Assembly (NCBI GenBank): GCA_963833135.1
Contig: CAWHWW010000014.1
Span: 132,620-196,619, forward strand
Length of the DNA stretch: 64,000 nucleotides
Reading direction: 5' to 3'
Origin: an uncultured cyanobacterium
GTDB lineage: Bacteria; Acidobacteriota; Vicinamibacteria; Vicinamibacterales; UBA2999
Shown: piece by piece, positions 54,047 through 64,000 of the stretch
Layout of the letters: every line of letters begins with the position of its first letter
Numbering within the stretch: the stretch's first letter is position 1
Position numbers and translations under genes: made by a program
Notes under the pieces: model-generated
The model's database searches: none
Told to the model about the DNA's origin: nothing
Seen by the model: the letters and a program-made list of their open reading frames with translations, nothing else

Positions 54047-55454
54047 GCCGCTTGTCCACCGTAGCCTTGGCGAAGGTGGGCGCATCGTCATTCTCGGCGC
54101 GGGCCCCACCGGGCTCGGCGCCGCGTGGCGCCTCCACGAACGAGGGCATTCCGGATGGTCCCTTTACGAAGCGGCGTCGCACGCGGGCGGTCTCGCATCT
54201 TCGGTAATCGATCCGCATGGGTTCACCTGGGACCTTGGCGGCCATGTCCTGTTTTCGCATTACCAGTACTTCGATGACGTGATGGATCGCGCGCTCGGCG
54301 ACGCCTGGGTCGAGCATGCGCGCGAAGCCTGGGTCTGGATGCGCGATCGCTGGATTCCGTATCCGTTCCAGAACAACATCTGGCGGCTGCCGGAGGCGGA
54401 GTTAGGGGCGTGCCTCGACGGCTTGAAGGCGCTGCAGAACATCGGCGCGTCCGCGCCGCCTGCGACGTTTCGCGAATGGCTCCTGCGATCGTTCGGTCAG
54501 GGCATCTGCGACGCCTTCCTGTTTCCCTATAACCGCAAGGTGTGGGCGTACGATCCGGCGGCCTTGAACGTGTCATGGATGGGTGAGCGCGTCGCGACCG
54601 TGGACCTGCCTCGCATTCTCGAGAACATCGCGCTCAAACGCGACGACGTGAGCTGGGGTCCCAATTCGACCTTTCGTTTCCCCCTACAGGGTGGCACCGG
54701 CGCGATTTGGAGCGCGGTCCGGGCAATGTTGCCTCGGGATCGGATGCGTTTCGACTGCTCGATTGCGCGCGTTGATGCTCGAACGCGCCGGATCGAGCTG
54801 CGGACTGGCGAGACCGTCGACTACGACGCGCTGATTTCCACGATGCCGCTCGATCGTCTGCTGCGGGTCGTCGACGGCCTCGAGAACTTGAGAGCGCTTG
54901 CGCCGAGGTTTGTTCATTCATCCACCCACATTCTTGGCCTCGGCATGATCGGCAACGTGCCTGACGCCTTGAGGACGAAGTGCTGGATCTATTTTCCAGA
55001 GCCACAGTCGCCGTTCTATCGCGCCACCGTCTTCAGCAACTATTCGCCGAACAACGCGCCGCCCGGCCACTGGTCCTTGATGGCTGAGGTCAGCGAATCG
55101 CCGGAGAAGCCGGTAGCGGTCACGACCATCGCGGATGAGGTCGTGACCGCGTTCGAGCGATGCGGGTTGATTGATCGGGCGAAGCTGGTGAGCCGGTGGC
55201 ATTGCCGGCTCGAACACGGCTATCCGACGCCATGGCTCGGTCGCGACGAAGTCCTCGCCGAAGCGGAACACGCGCTTCACGCCGCCGGCATATACAGTCG
55301 CGGTCGTTTCGGCGCCTGGAAGTACGAAGTGTCGAACCAGGACCACTCACTCATGCAAGGCGTCGAGGCGGTGGACCATATTCTCTCAGGCGAGCCGGAG
55401 CGCACGTTTAACGGCGACATGTCGAGCGACCTCAGATCGTCGAAGAGTTCCTGA
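54036..55454 (+). CDS. FAD-dependent enzyme resembling eukaryote-type UDP-galactopyranose mutase
   Basis: GAGPTGLGAA, DLGGHVLFSHY, PYPFQNNI, WGPNSTFRFP, PFYRATVFSNYS, GYPTP, RGRFGAWKYEVSNQDHS. Confidence 0.75.
   Translation: MSAEPLVHRSLGEGGRIVILGAGPTGLGAAWRLHERGHSGWSLYEAASHAGGLASSVIDPHGFTWDLGGHVLFSHYQYFDDVMDRALGDAWVEHAREAWVWMRDRWIPYPFQNNIWRLPEAELGACLDGLKALQNIGASAPPATFREWLLRSFGQGICDAFLFPYNRKVWAYDPAALNVSWMGERVATVDLPRILENIALKRDDVSWGPNSTFRFPLQGGTGAIWSAVRAMLPRDRMRFDCSIARVDARTRRIELRTGETVDYDALISTMPLDRLLRVVDGLENLRALAPRFVHSSTHILGLGMIGNVPDALRTKCWIYFPEPQSPFYRATVFSNYSPNNAPPGHWSLMAEVSESPEKPVAVTTIADEVVTAFERCGLIDRAKLVSRWHCRLEHGYPTPWLGRDEVLAEAEHALHAAGIYSRGRFGAWKYEVSNQDHSLMQGVEAVDHILSGEPERTFNGDMSSDLRSSKSS
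54050..54080. repeat. 31-bp palindromic element at the 5' end of the mutase gene
   Basis: gcttgtccaccgtagccttggcgaaggtggg; encodes [10 protein letters not shown]. Confidence 0.7.
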
Positions 55455-55531
55455 GGCAACTGGGTCGCTTACCGCCCGGCGAGCCAGCTCAGCCTTCGGT
55501 CTTGGCGCGTTTCTGGCATATGGTTTAGGCC

Positions 55532-56395
55532 ATGAGATGGGAAGGTGGACGTCGCAGTACGAATATCGAGGACCGCCGGGGCCTGGGCGCCGGCACGATC
55601 GGCGCCGGCGGCATCGGCACACTGTTGCTCGTGCTCGCGGTGTCGTGTCTGACGGGAACGAATCCTCTCGCGCTGCTCGATATGGTCGAGGGGGTCGCGC
55701 CGCAGCAGACCCAGAGCGCCCCGACCGGGGCGCCTTCCAACGATCCACAGGCCGAATTCATCGCGGTCGTGTTGGCCGATACCGAGGAAACCTGGGGACG
55801 CGTGTTCTCGGCTGGCGGACGCCAATATCGCGAACCGGTCCTGGTCCTGTTCGAGGATTCGGTGCGATCGGCGTGCGGCTCGGCATCGGCCGCGAGCGGA
55901 CCGTTTTATTGCCCGGGCGATCAGAAGGTGTATCTCGATCTCTCGTTCTTCCGCGAGCTCGATCGGCGATTCGGAGCGCCGGGTGATTTCGCCCAGGCCT
56001 ATGTCGTCGCGCACGAGGTCGGGCATCACGTTCAAACCGTCCTTGGCATCAACCGGCAGGTTCGGGAAGCGCAGCAGGGCGGCAGTCGCGCCGGGGCGAA
56101 CGCACTCTCGGTGCAGCTCGAGTTACAGGCAGACTGTCTTGCCGGCGTGTGGGGACATCACGCCAACAAGAAGCAGCTGCTGGATGCTGGCGATGTCGAC
56201 GAAGGGTTGAGCGCCGCCGCGGCGATCGGTGATGATCGACTGACCGGGGGACGGGTGTCGCCCGAGAGCTTTACGCACGGCACGTCCGAACAGCGCGCCC
56301 AATGGCTCCGTCTGGGCCTGCAAACGGGCGACATCAACAGCTGCGATACGTTTCGGGCGGGCGACGTAGCCAGTCCAGTAGCCAGAATCCAGTAG
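55532..56395 (+). CDS. ypfJ: Neutral zinc metallopeptidase (YpfJ family)
   Basis: RSTNIEDRR, GPFYCPGD, AHEVGHHVQ, ELQADCLAG, FTHGTSEQR. Confidence 0.92.
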   Translation: MRWEGGRRSTNIEDRRGLGAGTIGAGGIGTLLLVLAVSCLTGTNPLALLDMVEGVAPQQTQSAPTGAPSNDPQAEFIAVVLADTEETWGRVFSAGGRQYREPVLVLFEDSVRSACGSASAASGPFYCPGDQKVYLDLSFFRELDRRFGAPGDFAQAYVVAHEVGHHVQTVLGINRQVREAQQGGSRAGANALSVQLELQADCLAGVWGHHANKKQLLDAGDVDEGLSAAAAIGDDRLTGGRVSPESFTHGTSEQRAQWLRLGLQTGDINSCDTFRAGDVASPVARIQ

Positions 56396-56446
56396 CCAGT
56401 AGCCAGAAGGGCTCTTGTCTTTTCTGGCTACCGGCTACTGGTCTAC
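56366..56446. repeat. 7-bp-period inverted repeat between convergent genes
   Basis: (gtagcca)n ... tctggctac/cggctac/tgg. Confidence 0.75.
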
Positions 56447-56451
56447 TTCTC

Positions 56452-58490
56452 CTACCAGATCTTTACCTGCCGTTCGGGAGCGAGATACAGCTTGTCCCCC
56501 TCCTTCACGCCAAACGCCGCGTAGAACTCGGGAATGTTCCGAAGCGGGTCCGTTGGCGCGATACATTTCCGGCGAGTGCACGTTCGTCAGTACTTGCTGG
56601 CGCAGCGACTCGTCGCGCTCCTTCGCCTTCCACGACTGCGCCCACCCCATGTAGAAACGCTGATCAGCCGCGAGGCCGTCGATGGACGGCGCATCCTTGC
56701 CCTTGAGCGAGAGCAGGTATGCCTGGCGTGAAATGACGAGTCCCGTCAGATCGGCGAGGTTCTCGCCGAGTGTCAATGCGCCGTTGACGTGCAGTCCTGG
56801 GAGCGGTTCGAATTCGTTGAACTGCTCGACCAGCACCTTGGCCCGCTTCTCGTATTCAGCGGCGTCTGTTTTCGTCCACCAGTCGCGCAGCGCGCCGCTG
56901 GCGTCGTACTGACGGCCCTGATCGTCGAAGCCGTGACCCATCTCGTGCCCGATGATCGCGCCGATGCCGCCGTAGTTCACGGCGTCATCCGCTTCGAGAT
57001 TGAAGAAGGGCGGCTGCAGGATCGCGGCAGGGAAGACGATCTCGTTTCGGACCGGGTTGTAATACGCGTTGATCGTCTGCGGCGTCATGCCCCATTGCTC
57101 GGGGTCGATCGGCTTGCCGGCCTTGCCGAGCTGGTAGGTGTTCTCGTGCTCGAAGGCGCGCATGATGTTGCCCACGAGGTCGTCCTTCTTGATCTCGAGC
57201 TTCGAGTAGTCACGCCACTTGTTGGGATAGCCGATCTTCGGTGTGAACCTGGCGAGTTTCTCCTGCGCCTGCCTTCTTCGTCTCGGGCCCCATCCATTCG
57301 AGTTTGTCGATGGCCGCGCGATAGGCTTCGCGCAAGTTGGCAACGAGCGCCTCCATGCGGGCCTTGGCCTCGGGCTTGAAGTGGCGCTCGACATAGAGCT
57401 TGCCGAGCATCTCGCCGAGATTGCCGTTCAGGATGTTGACGCCGCGCTTCCATCGCGGCTGCTGCTCCTTCACACCGCGAAGCGTGGTGTTGTAGAACGA
57501 GAACTCGGCGTCGACGATCGACTTGTTCAGATACGGAGCGAAGCCGTTCAGGAGCGATGCCTTCAGGTACGGCTTCCACGCATCGACCGGCAACTCGTTG
57601 ACGGTTGAGGCGAGCGCCTTCAAGTAGCTTGGCTGATTGACGACGACGGCTGGAATGGCGCCGACGCCGAGCTCCTTCGTCCACGTCTCCCAGTCGAAGC
57701 CGGGATACTGCCTGGCGAGATCGGCGACCATGACCTTGTTGTAGGTCTTCACCGCGTCGCGGTTTTCGACATTGGTCCAGTGCGCGCGCGCCAGCCGGGT
57801 CTCGAGCACGAAAATCTCCCGCGCCGACTTGCTCGCGCTGGCATCGCCGGCCTGGCCGAGTATGTTGCCGACAAAGCCCACGTACTTCTCGCGGTACTCC
57901 TTCAGCTTGTCGTCGTTCTTCAGGTAGTAATCGCGGTCGGGAAGGCCGAGGCCGCCCTGAAACACGTACAGGATGTCGTTGGCCGGCTGCTGCGCGTCGC
58001 CGTCGACGTAGCCGACGATCGGATTGATCAGATTGAGCTTGAAGAAGCGGGCGAAGTGGCGGGCCAGGTCGCTCTTGGTCTTGATCGCGTCGATCGCGTC
58101 GAGCTCCGCCCTGAGCGGCGTGATGCCGAGCTCTTCGGCGCGCTGCTCGTTCATGAAGCTCTCGTAGAAGTCCCCGATTTTCTGCGCCTCGGAACCGGCG
58201 GCCCTGGCAGACGATTTGGACGCCTCCTCGACGATGGCCCGAAGGTCGGCCTGCGCCTTGTCGAAGAGAATGTCGAAGGCTCCATACGACGCCTTGTCAG
58301 CGGGAATCTCGGTCTTCGCCAGCCATGAGCCATTGACGTGGCGGAACAGATCGTCCTGCGGGCGCACTTCGCGATCGAACGACGCCGGATCCAGTCCAGA
58401 GTTTGGTGCTGTCGCCGGCGCTGCCGGCCCGGCCGGTTTCATGCACGCCGCGACACCGAGGCACATCGCCATCAAGACAGCACGCTTCAT
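56452..58490 (-). CDS. pepO: M13 family metallopeptidase lipoprotein (frameshifts near 57275 and 56545)
   Basis: Lipobox GVAAC; PQDDLFRHVNG; NAYYNP; GHEMGHGFDD; LGENLAD; VKIW. Confidence 0.9.
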
Positions 58491-58585
58491 CACCATCTCC
58501 TCAGCCACCGATCATACTCTCGGGGGCCGTCAGGCCGGGTTAGAATGCCTTACCGTTCAAACTCGATCTGGTTGTGTCGCGCACG

Positions 58586-59104
58586 ATGTATCTCACGCTA
58601 CCCCAGTGCACGATTCGCCCCTGGGCGGAGACCGACGCGGCCGCCCTGCAGCGTCACGCCAACAATCGCCGCGTGTCGATCCATCTGCGCGACCGGTTTC
58701 CGTATCCTTACGAGATGGAACAGGCGCGGGCCTTCGTCGGCTGGATCGCCAAGCAGGATTCGCCTACCGTGTGGGCGATTGACGTTGCCGGCGAAGCCAT
58801 CGGCGGTATCGGCATCGAGCTGGACACCGACGTCGAACGGGTCTCTGCCGAGGTCGGCTACTGGATCGGCGAGTCGTTCTGGGGACGCGGCATTGCCACT
58901 GAGGCACTGACGGCCGTGACGGTTGAAGCGTTCAAGCGTTTCGAGATCACGCGCCTCTACGCGTTGCCGTTCGCCGATCACGCCGCATCGGTGCGCGTGC
59001 TCGAGAAGGCCGGCTATGTCCGTGAAGGCCACCTTCGGCAAAGCGCTATCAAAGACGGAAAGATCCGCGACCAACTGTTGTTTGCAGCGTATCGAACCTT
59101 ATGA
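58586..59104 (+). CDS. GNAT family N-acetyltransferase (RimJ/RimL type)
   Basis: FPYPY, EVGYWIGESFWGRG, ASVRVLEKAG. Confidence 0.9.
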   Translation: MYLTLPQCTIRPWAETDAAALQRHANNRRVSIHLRDRFPYPYEMEQARAFVGWIAKQDSPTVWAIDVAGEAIGGIGIELDTDVERVSAEVGYWIGESFWGRGIATEALTAVTVEAFKRFEITRLYALPFADHAASVRVLEKAGYVREGHLRQSAIKDGKIRDQLLFAAYRTL

Positions 59105-61473
59105 AGAACCGACTCCTGATTGTATGCGTCCTGGCATCGACGGCCGTCTCAGTGTCGACTCGCGAGCAGAACGGCGCCAAGCCGTTTCCGCTGACTGTCG
59201 ACAGCATCATGCGCGGCCCCGAACTCGTCGGCAACCCTCCGAACAACCTGCGATGGTCAGGCGACTCGAAGGAGCTCTACTTCGAATGGCTGATCCCGAA
59301 GGACGATCAACCGTCGACGTGGGTCGTCGGCCGGGACGGCGGGGCACCGAAGCGCCTCAGCGAAATCGAGCGGCGGATAGCGCCGCTGGCGAACGGCCAG
59401 TGGGATGCAAAGCGCCGCCGCATTCTCGGCGTCGATCGCGGCGACATCGTCATCATCGACACGGTGGCGCGCAGGCGCATCGACGTGACTCGGATGACGG
59501 GGAATGAGTCGGGCCCCCGATGGGCGCGCGGCGAGACGCACGTCACCTTCGTGCGCGATAACAACCTCTTCATCGTGCCGGTCGAGAGCGTCGGCACCGG
59601 CAGCGTCGTGCAATTGACCGACGTTTCCACGCGCCGAGCCGATCCGCGGATCACCGACAGCCAGAAGTTCATCAAGGAGGAAGAGACGGAGATCCTTGAC
59701 TGGGTCGCGCAGGAAGCCGCTCGCCGCAAGCGCCGAGAAGAGCTCGACAAGTCACGCGCGCTGCCGAAATTCGAGCTCGCCGAACGGCAGAGCATCGCCG
59801 ATGCGGCGGTATCGGGCGACGGCAAGTTTGCGTTCCTGGTCGTGAACGATCGCGCGCAGTCGCGGACAGCGCAGGTGCCTCGCTTCGTGAGCGAGTCGTC
59901 CTTCACGGAAGAGATCCAGGCCCGGACCTTCGTCGGCGACGCCCAGGATCGCCGCCGTATCGCGGTGCTCAATCTCGAGAGCGGTGAGGCGGTGTGGGCC
60001 GGCCTCGAGGGCATCAGCGATACGATCGCGATTCCGAAGCCGCCGTTTGGCGACGAGCCGCGCCCTGCGACGAAGCCGGATCCCGCGCCGAAGCGCGACG
60101 TTCGATGGGGCAACCCGATGCTATCGCCCGACGGCAGGATCGCTGTCACGTCGGTTCGCGCCGCCGACAACACCGAGCGCTGGCTCGCCGCCATCGACCC
60201 CGCGACCGGGAACGCGACCGTGCTCGATCACCTCAAAGACGACGCATGGGTGCGCGACGGCGGACTGGGCTGGCTTCCGGATGGCAGGCGGTTATGGTTC
60301 CTCGCCGAGCACGACGGCTGGATGCACCTCTACACCATCGACGTCACCTCGTCGTCCCCGGCCCGAAAGCAGCTGACGAGCGGGAAGTTCGAGCTCGATT
60401 CGATCGAACTGTCGCCGGACGGCAGCACGTTCTACGTCCAGTCCAACGAAGCGCATCCGGGTGAGAAACACGTCTACGCGATGAGCGTCGACGGTGGCGC
60501 CCGCACGAGGATCACGTCGCAGGTGGGCGGACACCAGGGGGCCATTTCTCCCGACAACACGACCTTCGGTCTGGTCTCGTCGTTCGCCAATCGACCGCCC
60601 GAAGTGTTCGTCATGCCGAATCGGCCGTCCGCGGCGGCGACGAAGGTGACGACGAGCGCGTCGCCGGAATGGTCGGCACATCCATGGGTCGAGCCTCAGC
60701 TCGTCACCTACAAGTCGCGCGACGGGAAGGACGTCTACGCGCGGCTGTACACTCCGGAGATGGTCGGCGCGAAGCGCGATCCGAAAGCGCCGGCAGTGGT
60801 GTTCGTGCACGGCGCCGGTTACCTGCAGAACGCGCACAAATTCTGGTCGACCTATTACCGCGAATACATGTTTCACCACCTGCTTGCTTCGAAGGGTTAT
60901 GTGGTCCTCGATCCTGACTATCGCGCGAGCGCCGGCTATGGCCGCGATTGGCGCACGGCCATTTATCGCTGGATGGGCGGCCACGATCTCAACGACGTCG
61001 TCGATGGCGCGGCGTATCTCGTCAAGACGCAGAAGGTGAACGTCGGACGTATCGGCGTCTATGGCGGGAGCTATGGCGGCTTCATCACGCTGATGGCGCT
61101 CTTTACTTCGCCCGACACATTCGCTGCAGGTGCGGCGCTGAGGCCCGTGACCGACTGGTCGCACTACAACCACGGCTACACGTCCAATATCCTGAATGAG
61201 CCGCAGGCCGACTCGGAAGCCTACCGGAAGAGCTCGCCGATCTATTTCGCGGAAGGCCTCAAGTCGCCCCTGCTCATCGCGCACGGCATGGTCGACGTCA
61301 ACGTGCATTTCCAGGACTCGGTTCGACTCGTCCAGCGGCTGATAGAATTGCGAAAGGAGAACTGGGAGATCGCGCCCTACCCGGTCGAGGACCACGGGTT
61401 CGTCGAGGCCGCCAGCTGGGCCGACGAATACAAGCGCATTCTGAAGTTGTTCGAGACACACTTGAAGAAGTGA
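59101..61473 (+). CDS. S9 family (prolyl oligopeptidase/DPP IV-like) serine peptidase
   Basis: Signal peptide, beta-propeller, GGSYGG, HGMVDVNV, EDHGF. Confidence 0.92.
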   Translation: MKNRLLIVCVLASTAVSVSTREQNGAKPFPLTVDSIMRGPELVGNPPNNLRWSGDSKELYFEWLIPKDDQPSTWVVGRDGGAPKRLSEIERRIAPLANGQWDAKRRRILGVDRGDIVIIDTVARRRIDVTRMTGNESGPRWARGETHVTFVRDNNLFIVPVESVGTGSVVQLTDVSTRRADPRITDSQKFIKEEETEILDWVAQEAARRKRREELDKSRALPKFELAERQSIADAAVSGDGKFAFLVVNDRAQSRTAQVPRFVSESSFTEEIQARTFVGDAQDRRRIAVLNLESGEAVWAGLEGISDTIAIPKPPFGDEPRPATKPDPAPKRDVRWGNPMLSPDGRIAVTSVRAADNTERWLAAIDPATGNATVLDHLKDDAWVRDGGLGWLPDGRRLWFLAEHDGWMHLYTIDVTSSSPARKQLTSGKFELDSIELSPDGSTFYVQSNEAHPGEKHVYAMSVDGGARTRITSQVGGHQGAISPDNTTFGLVSSFANRPPEVFVMPNRPSAAATKVTTSASPEWSAHPWVEPQLVTYKSRDGKDVYARLYTPEMVGAKRDPKAPAVVFVHGAGYLQNAHKFWSTYYREYMFHHLLASKGYVVLDPDYRASAGYGRDWRTAIYRWMGGHDLNDVVDGAAYLVKTQKVNVGRIGVYGGSYGGFITLMALFTSPDTFAAGAALRPVTDWSHYNHGYTSNILNEPQADSEAYRKSSPIYFAEGLKSPLLIAHGMVDVNVHFQDSVRLVQRLIELRKENWEIAPYPVEDHGFVEAASWADEYKRILKLFETHLKK

Positions 61474-61565
61474 GGTCTTGCTTTACCGCCGAAGCCTTTG
61501 CGAGGGCGGAAGGTCTTGAGGTCTTGAGGTCCTGAGGTCTGGGCGTTTTGAGGTTGAGGTCTTGA
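61471..61565. repeat. 8-bp-period repeat with embedded 31-bp palindromic element (61480-61510)
   Basis: (gaggtctt)n flanking gctttaccgccgaagcctttgcgagggcgga. Confidence 0.7.
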
Positions 61566-62143
61566 AAACCACCGAAGTTGCGTGTCCGGGCCTGGCGGAA
61601 CTGATCGCGAGGCTCGATCGATCGGTTGAAGCCGGATCGCCCGAAGCGATCACCTCGGCAGTGAAGACCGACCTCGAGGAAATGCTCGGTTGCGGCCGGC
61701 TGACGCTGCCGAGCGCGTTCATGGCGCCGCGGCCCGACGCGTATGCGCGGCGTTTGCTGCACCGGGACCCGGAGGGCCGGTACTCGGTGATCGTGATGAC
61801 GTGGGGACCAGGACAGGGCACCGCCGTTCACGACCACGGCGGCCTGTGGTGCGTCGAAGGTGTGGTGGATGGCGAGATTGCAGTGACGCAGTACCTGGTG
61901 CAGCAGGAATCCGACGGCTATTACCGCGTGACACCAATCGGCTCGCTGCTCGCCGGAACCGGATCCGCCGGCTGCCTGATTCCGCCGACCGATCATCACG
62001 TCCTTGCCAACGCGCGGCCGACGCGCGCCTCCGTTACGCTGCACGTCTACGGCGGCGATCTCGACGACTGCAAAGTGTTCCTGCCGGCGACGGCGGACGG
62101 CCGATACGCCGAGAGCACCAGGATGCTCTCGTTCAACGAGTGA
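61562..62143 (+). CDS. Cysteine dioxygenase family protein
   Basis: YARRLL, MTWGPGQGTAVHDH, DHHVL, TLHVYG. Confidence 0.85.
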   Translation: MKTTEVACPGLAELIARLDRSVEAGSPEAITSAVKTDLEEMLGCGRLTLPSAFMAPRPDAYARRLLHRDPEGRYSVIVMTWGPGQGTAVHDHGGLWCVEGVVDGEIAVTQYLVQQESDGYYRVTPIGSLLAGTGSAGCLIPPTDHHVLANARPTRASVTLHVYGGDLDDCKVFLPATADGRYAESTRMLSFNE

Positions 62144-62174
62144 GGCCACAGATTAAGCACCAATTGGGCGTACG

Positions 62175-63086
62175 GTGAGCACCGGCTTCATCGATCTGCT
62201 GTTTCGCGGCAGTCCGCGGGTCATTGCCACCGCGATTCTGCAGGGCGCCGACGGCGTCACGCTGATCGATCCGGGCCCGACCTCGTGCCTGCCGGCGCTC
62301 GAGAGCGGCCTTGACGAGCGCGGCCTGACGCTGCGCGACGTGCGAACGCTGCTGCTGACGCACATCCATCTCGATCATGCCGGCGCCTGCGGGACCATCG
62401 TTGAGCGCGTCCCCGGCGTCAAGGTCTTCGTGCACGAGCGCGGCGCGCCCCACATGATCGATCCCGCCAAGCTGCTCGCCAGCGCCACGCGCCTCTACGG
62501 CGACCGGATGGATGCGCTGTGGGGAGCGTTCGTGCCGGTGCCGGCCGGCCAGGTCACCGTGTTGAAGGGTGGAGAACGACTCAACCTTGCGGGTACCGCG
62601 ATCGACGTCGCATATACACCCGGCCACGCCAAGCATCACGTCAGCTATCTCGACGAACACGCCGGCATGGCGTACGTGGGAGACACCGCCGGTGTCCGAG
62701 TCAGCGGCGATTACCTGATCGCGCCGACGCCGCCGCCAGACATCGATATCGAGGCGTGGCAGCAAAGCCTGGACACGATCGATGCGTGGCAGCCGGTATC
62801 GCTGTTCCTGACCCACTTCGGCCCAATCACGCCGGCACGCGCACACCTCGTCCGCTTCCGGACGACGCTGGACTCGGCGGCAGCGGTCGCACAGGAAATG
62901 ATCGCCGCCGGCGGAACCGACGATGAACTGGCGAAGCGCTTCGCCGAACGGATGCGTCAGGACGCCAGGAAGGCATTGCCCGAACACGAAGCGCGCGCGG
63001 CGGAACTCGCCGCGCCGTTCGATCAGTTATGGCAGGGACTGGCGAGGTATTGGCAAAAAAAATACGAAATAAAGAATAACAAATAA
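62175..63086 (+). CDS. MBL-fold metallo-hydrolase
   Basis: THIHLDHAG, TPGHAKHH, GDTAG, THFG. Confidence 0.9.
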   Translation: MSTGFIDLLFRGSPRVIATAILQGADGVTLIDPGPTSCLPALESGLDERGLTLRDVRTLLLTHIHLDHAGACGTIVERVPGVKVFVHERGAPHMIDPAKLLASATRLYGDRMDALWGAFVPVPAGQVTVLKGGERLNLAGTAIDVAYTPGHAKHHVSYLDEHAGMAYVGDTAGVRVSGDYLIAPTPPPDIDIEAWQQSLDTIDAWQPVSLFLTHFGPITPARAHLVRFRTTLDSAAAVAQEMIAAGGTDDELAKRFAERMRQDARKALPEHEARAAELAAPFDQLWQGLARYWQKKYEIKNNK

Positions 63087-63146
63087 AAAAATTGCGAATA
63101 GCGCCAGCAGTTTCGTTATTTCTTATTCGTCATTTCGTATTTCTTA
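63056..63146. repeat. AT-rich 7-bp-period inverted repeat (same type as 17372-17454)
   Basis: aaatacg/aaataaa/gaataac/aaata ... tttcgttatttcttattcgtcatttcgtatttc. Confidence 0.75.
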
Positions 63147-63465
63147 CACCGCCACTGCCTGGCGCGTACGAGGCGCCGTCACGCCGCGCGAACGCGAGGC
63201 GGCCATGCAGGCGCCACAAATTCGAGTGGAGGACCGGAGCGACGGTCTCGCGCAGGGTGTCGGGCGAGCGGCCGAGCACGGTTCCGGCCTGTGCAAGATC
63301 CCCCTGCAAGAGGTACGATTCAGCGAGCATGACCCGGACACTGAGCTCGTCTTCCCTGGTGAGCGACGAGGGCGTCCGTAGCACGGGAGCGAACAGTTCA
63401 ATAGTGATGGCAGCCTGCCCGCGGTCTAACGCAGACCCTGCCTTGGCGAGGACGGGTTGAAGCCA
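63130..63465 (-). pseudogene. Short TPR-like helical fragment, no clear start
   Basis: LAESYLLQGDLAQAGTVL..LWRLHGRLA resembles TPR helices; abuts the divergent PP2C start. Confidence 0.35.
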
Positions 63466-63470
63466 GTCGT

Positions 63471-64000
63471 ATGGAGTTGACCATAGGAAGCCGGACCGAA
63501 GTTGGTCCGCGAAAGATGAACCAGGACCACCACGGATCATGGCCGGAAATCGGCCTGTTCGTGGTGGCCGACGGCATGGGCGGCCACAATGCGGGCGAGG
63601 TCGCCTCACACCTGGCGGTCGAGACCATCCGCAACTTCATTGCCGAGAGCGCGATCTCGGCCGACATCACCTGGCCGTTCGGCCTCGAGGTGACGGATTC
63701 CATCGACACCAACCGATTGACGACGGCCGTGCGCCTGGCAAACCGCAAGATCTACCACGAAGGAACGAAGAGCCCGGACCTGAGCGGCATGGGCACGACG
63801 GTGGTTGCCGCGCTCGTCAGCGACGGTCGAATCACAATCGTCAGCGTGGGCGACAGCCGGATCTATCGGTTTCGCAGCGGCGCGCTGGAGCAGTTGACGA
63901 AGGACGATACGTGGCTCGCGTCAGTGCTCGGCGAGAAGCAAGCGGAAGATGCGGACCCGCAGCATCCGCTCCGTCATGTGCTGACGAGTGTCGTCGGTAC
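63471..64000 (+). CDS. PP2C-family Ser/Thr protein phosphatase (3'-truncated by window)
   Basis: RKMNQD, LFVVADGMGGHNAGEVAS, GMGTT, VGDSRIY, QLTKDD. Confidence 0.9.
   Translation, partial: MELTIGSRTEVGPRKMNQDHHGSWPEIGLFVVADGMGGHNAGEVASHLAVETIRNFIAESAISADITWPFGLEVTDSIDTNRLTTAVRLANRKIYHEGTKSPDLSGMGTTVVAALVSDGRITIVSVGDSRIYRFRSGALEQLTKDDTWLASVLGEKQAEDADPQHPLRHVLTSVVG

Noticed and set aside
55503-55518. Sigma-54 motif before ypfJ (also GG-N10-GC near 1145)
   Set aside because: Only the GG/GC spacing matches, which is common by chance in GC-rich DNA.

Overview
GC-rich bacterial chromosomal window; gene content suggests Acidobacteriota, probably Vicinamibacteria (inference). (1) 1-2.4 kb: partial tldD and a DUF6152/secreted-protein pair. 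(2) ~2.4-41.8 kb: a signalling and stress neighbourhood. It holds a PLD-like protein, five full histidine kinases (one a ~1900-aa poly-HAMP hybrid), a TonB receptor-YfiR-kinase module, two NtrC-type sigma-54 activators, a degenerate HisKA protein and many general-stress-type genes (csbD, two BON proteins, SRPBCC, AI-2E, OmpA, YtxH, lmo0937-like, yihY). A leucine-catabolism (liu) operon interrupts it. Many of these genes have sigma-54 -24/-12 motifs just upstream, suggesting an RpoN-driven general stress regulon. (3) tRNA-Leu(UAA) at 45.6 kb, followed by a GT-C-like membrane protein, an orphan Hcp with a signal peptide and a divergent TIR-TM-PASTA-PASTA receptor-like gene. (4) 50-64 kb: methyltransferase, Tat glycoasparaginase, a GT-C/GT2/eukaryote-type UDP-galactopyranose mutase cassette, peptidases and hydrolases, and a partial PP2C phosphatase. 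Intergenic DNA repeatedly carries 7-9-bp-period microsatellite hairpins, and short palindromic elements lie inside coding sequences. Many genes between ~18 and 44 kb have single-base frameshifts, most likely assembly errors. No CRISPR, rRNA, integrase or transposase was seen. All calls come from reading motifs by eye; no searches were run.
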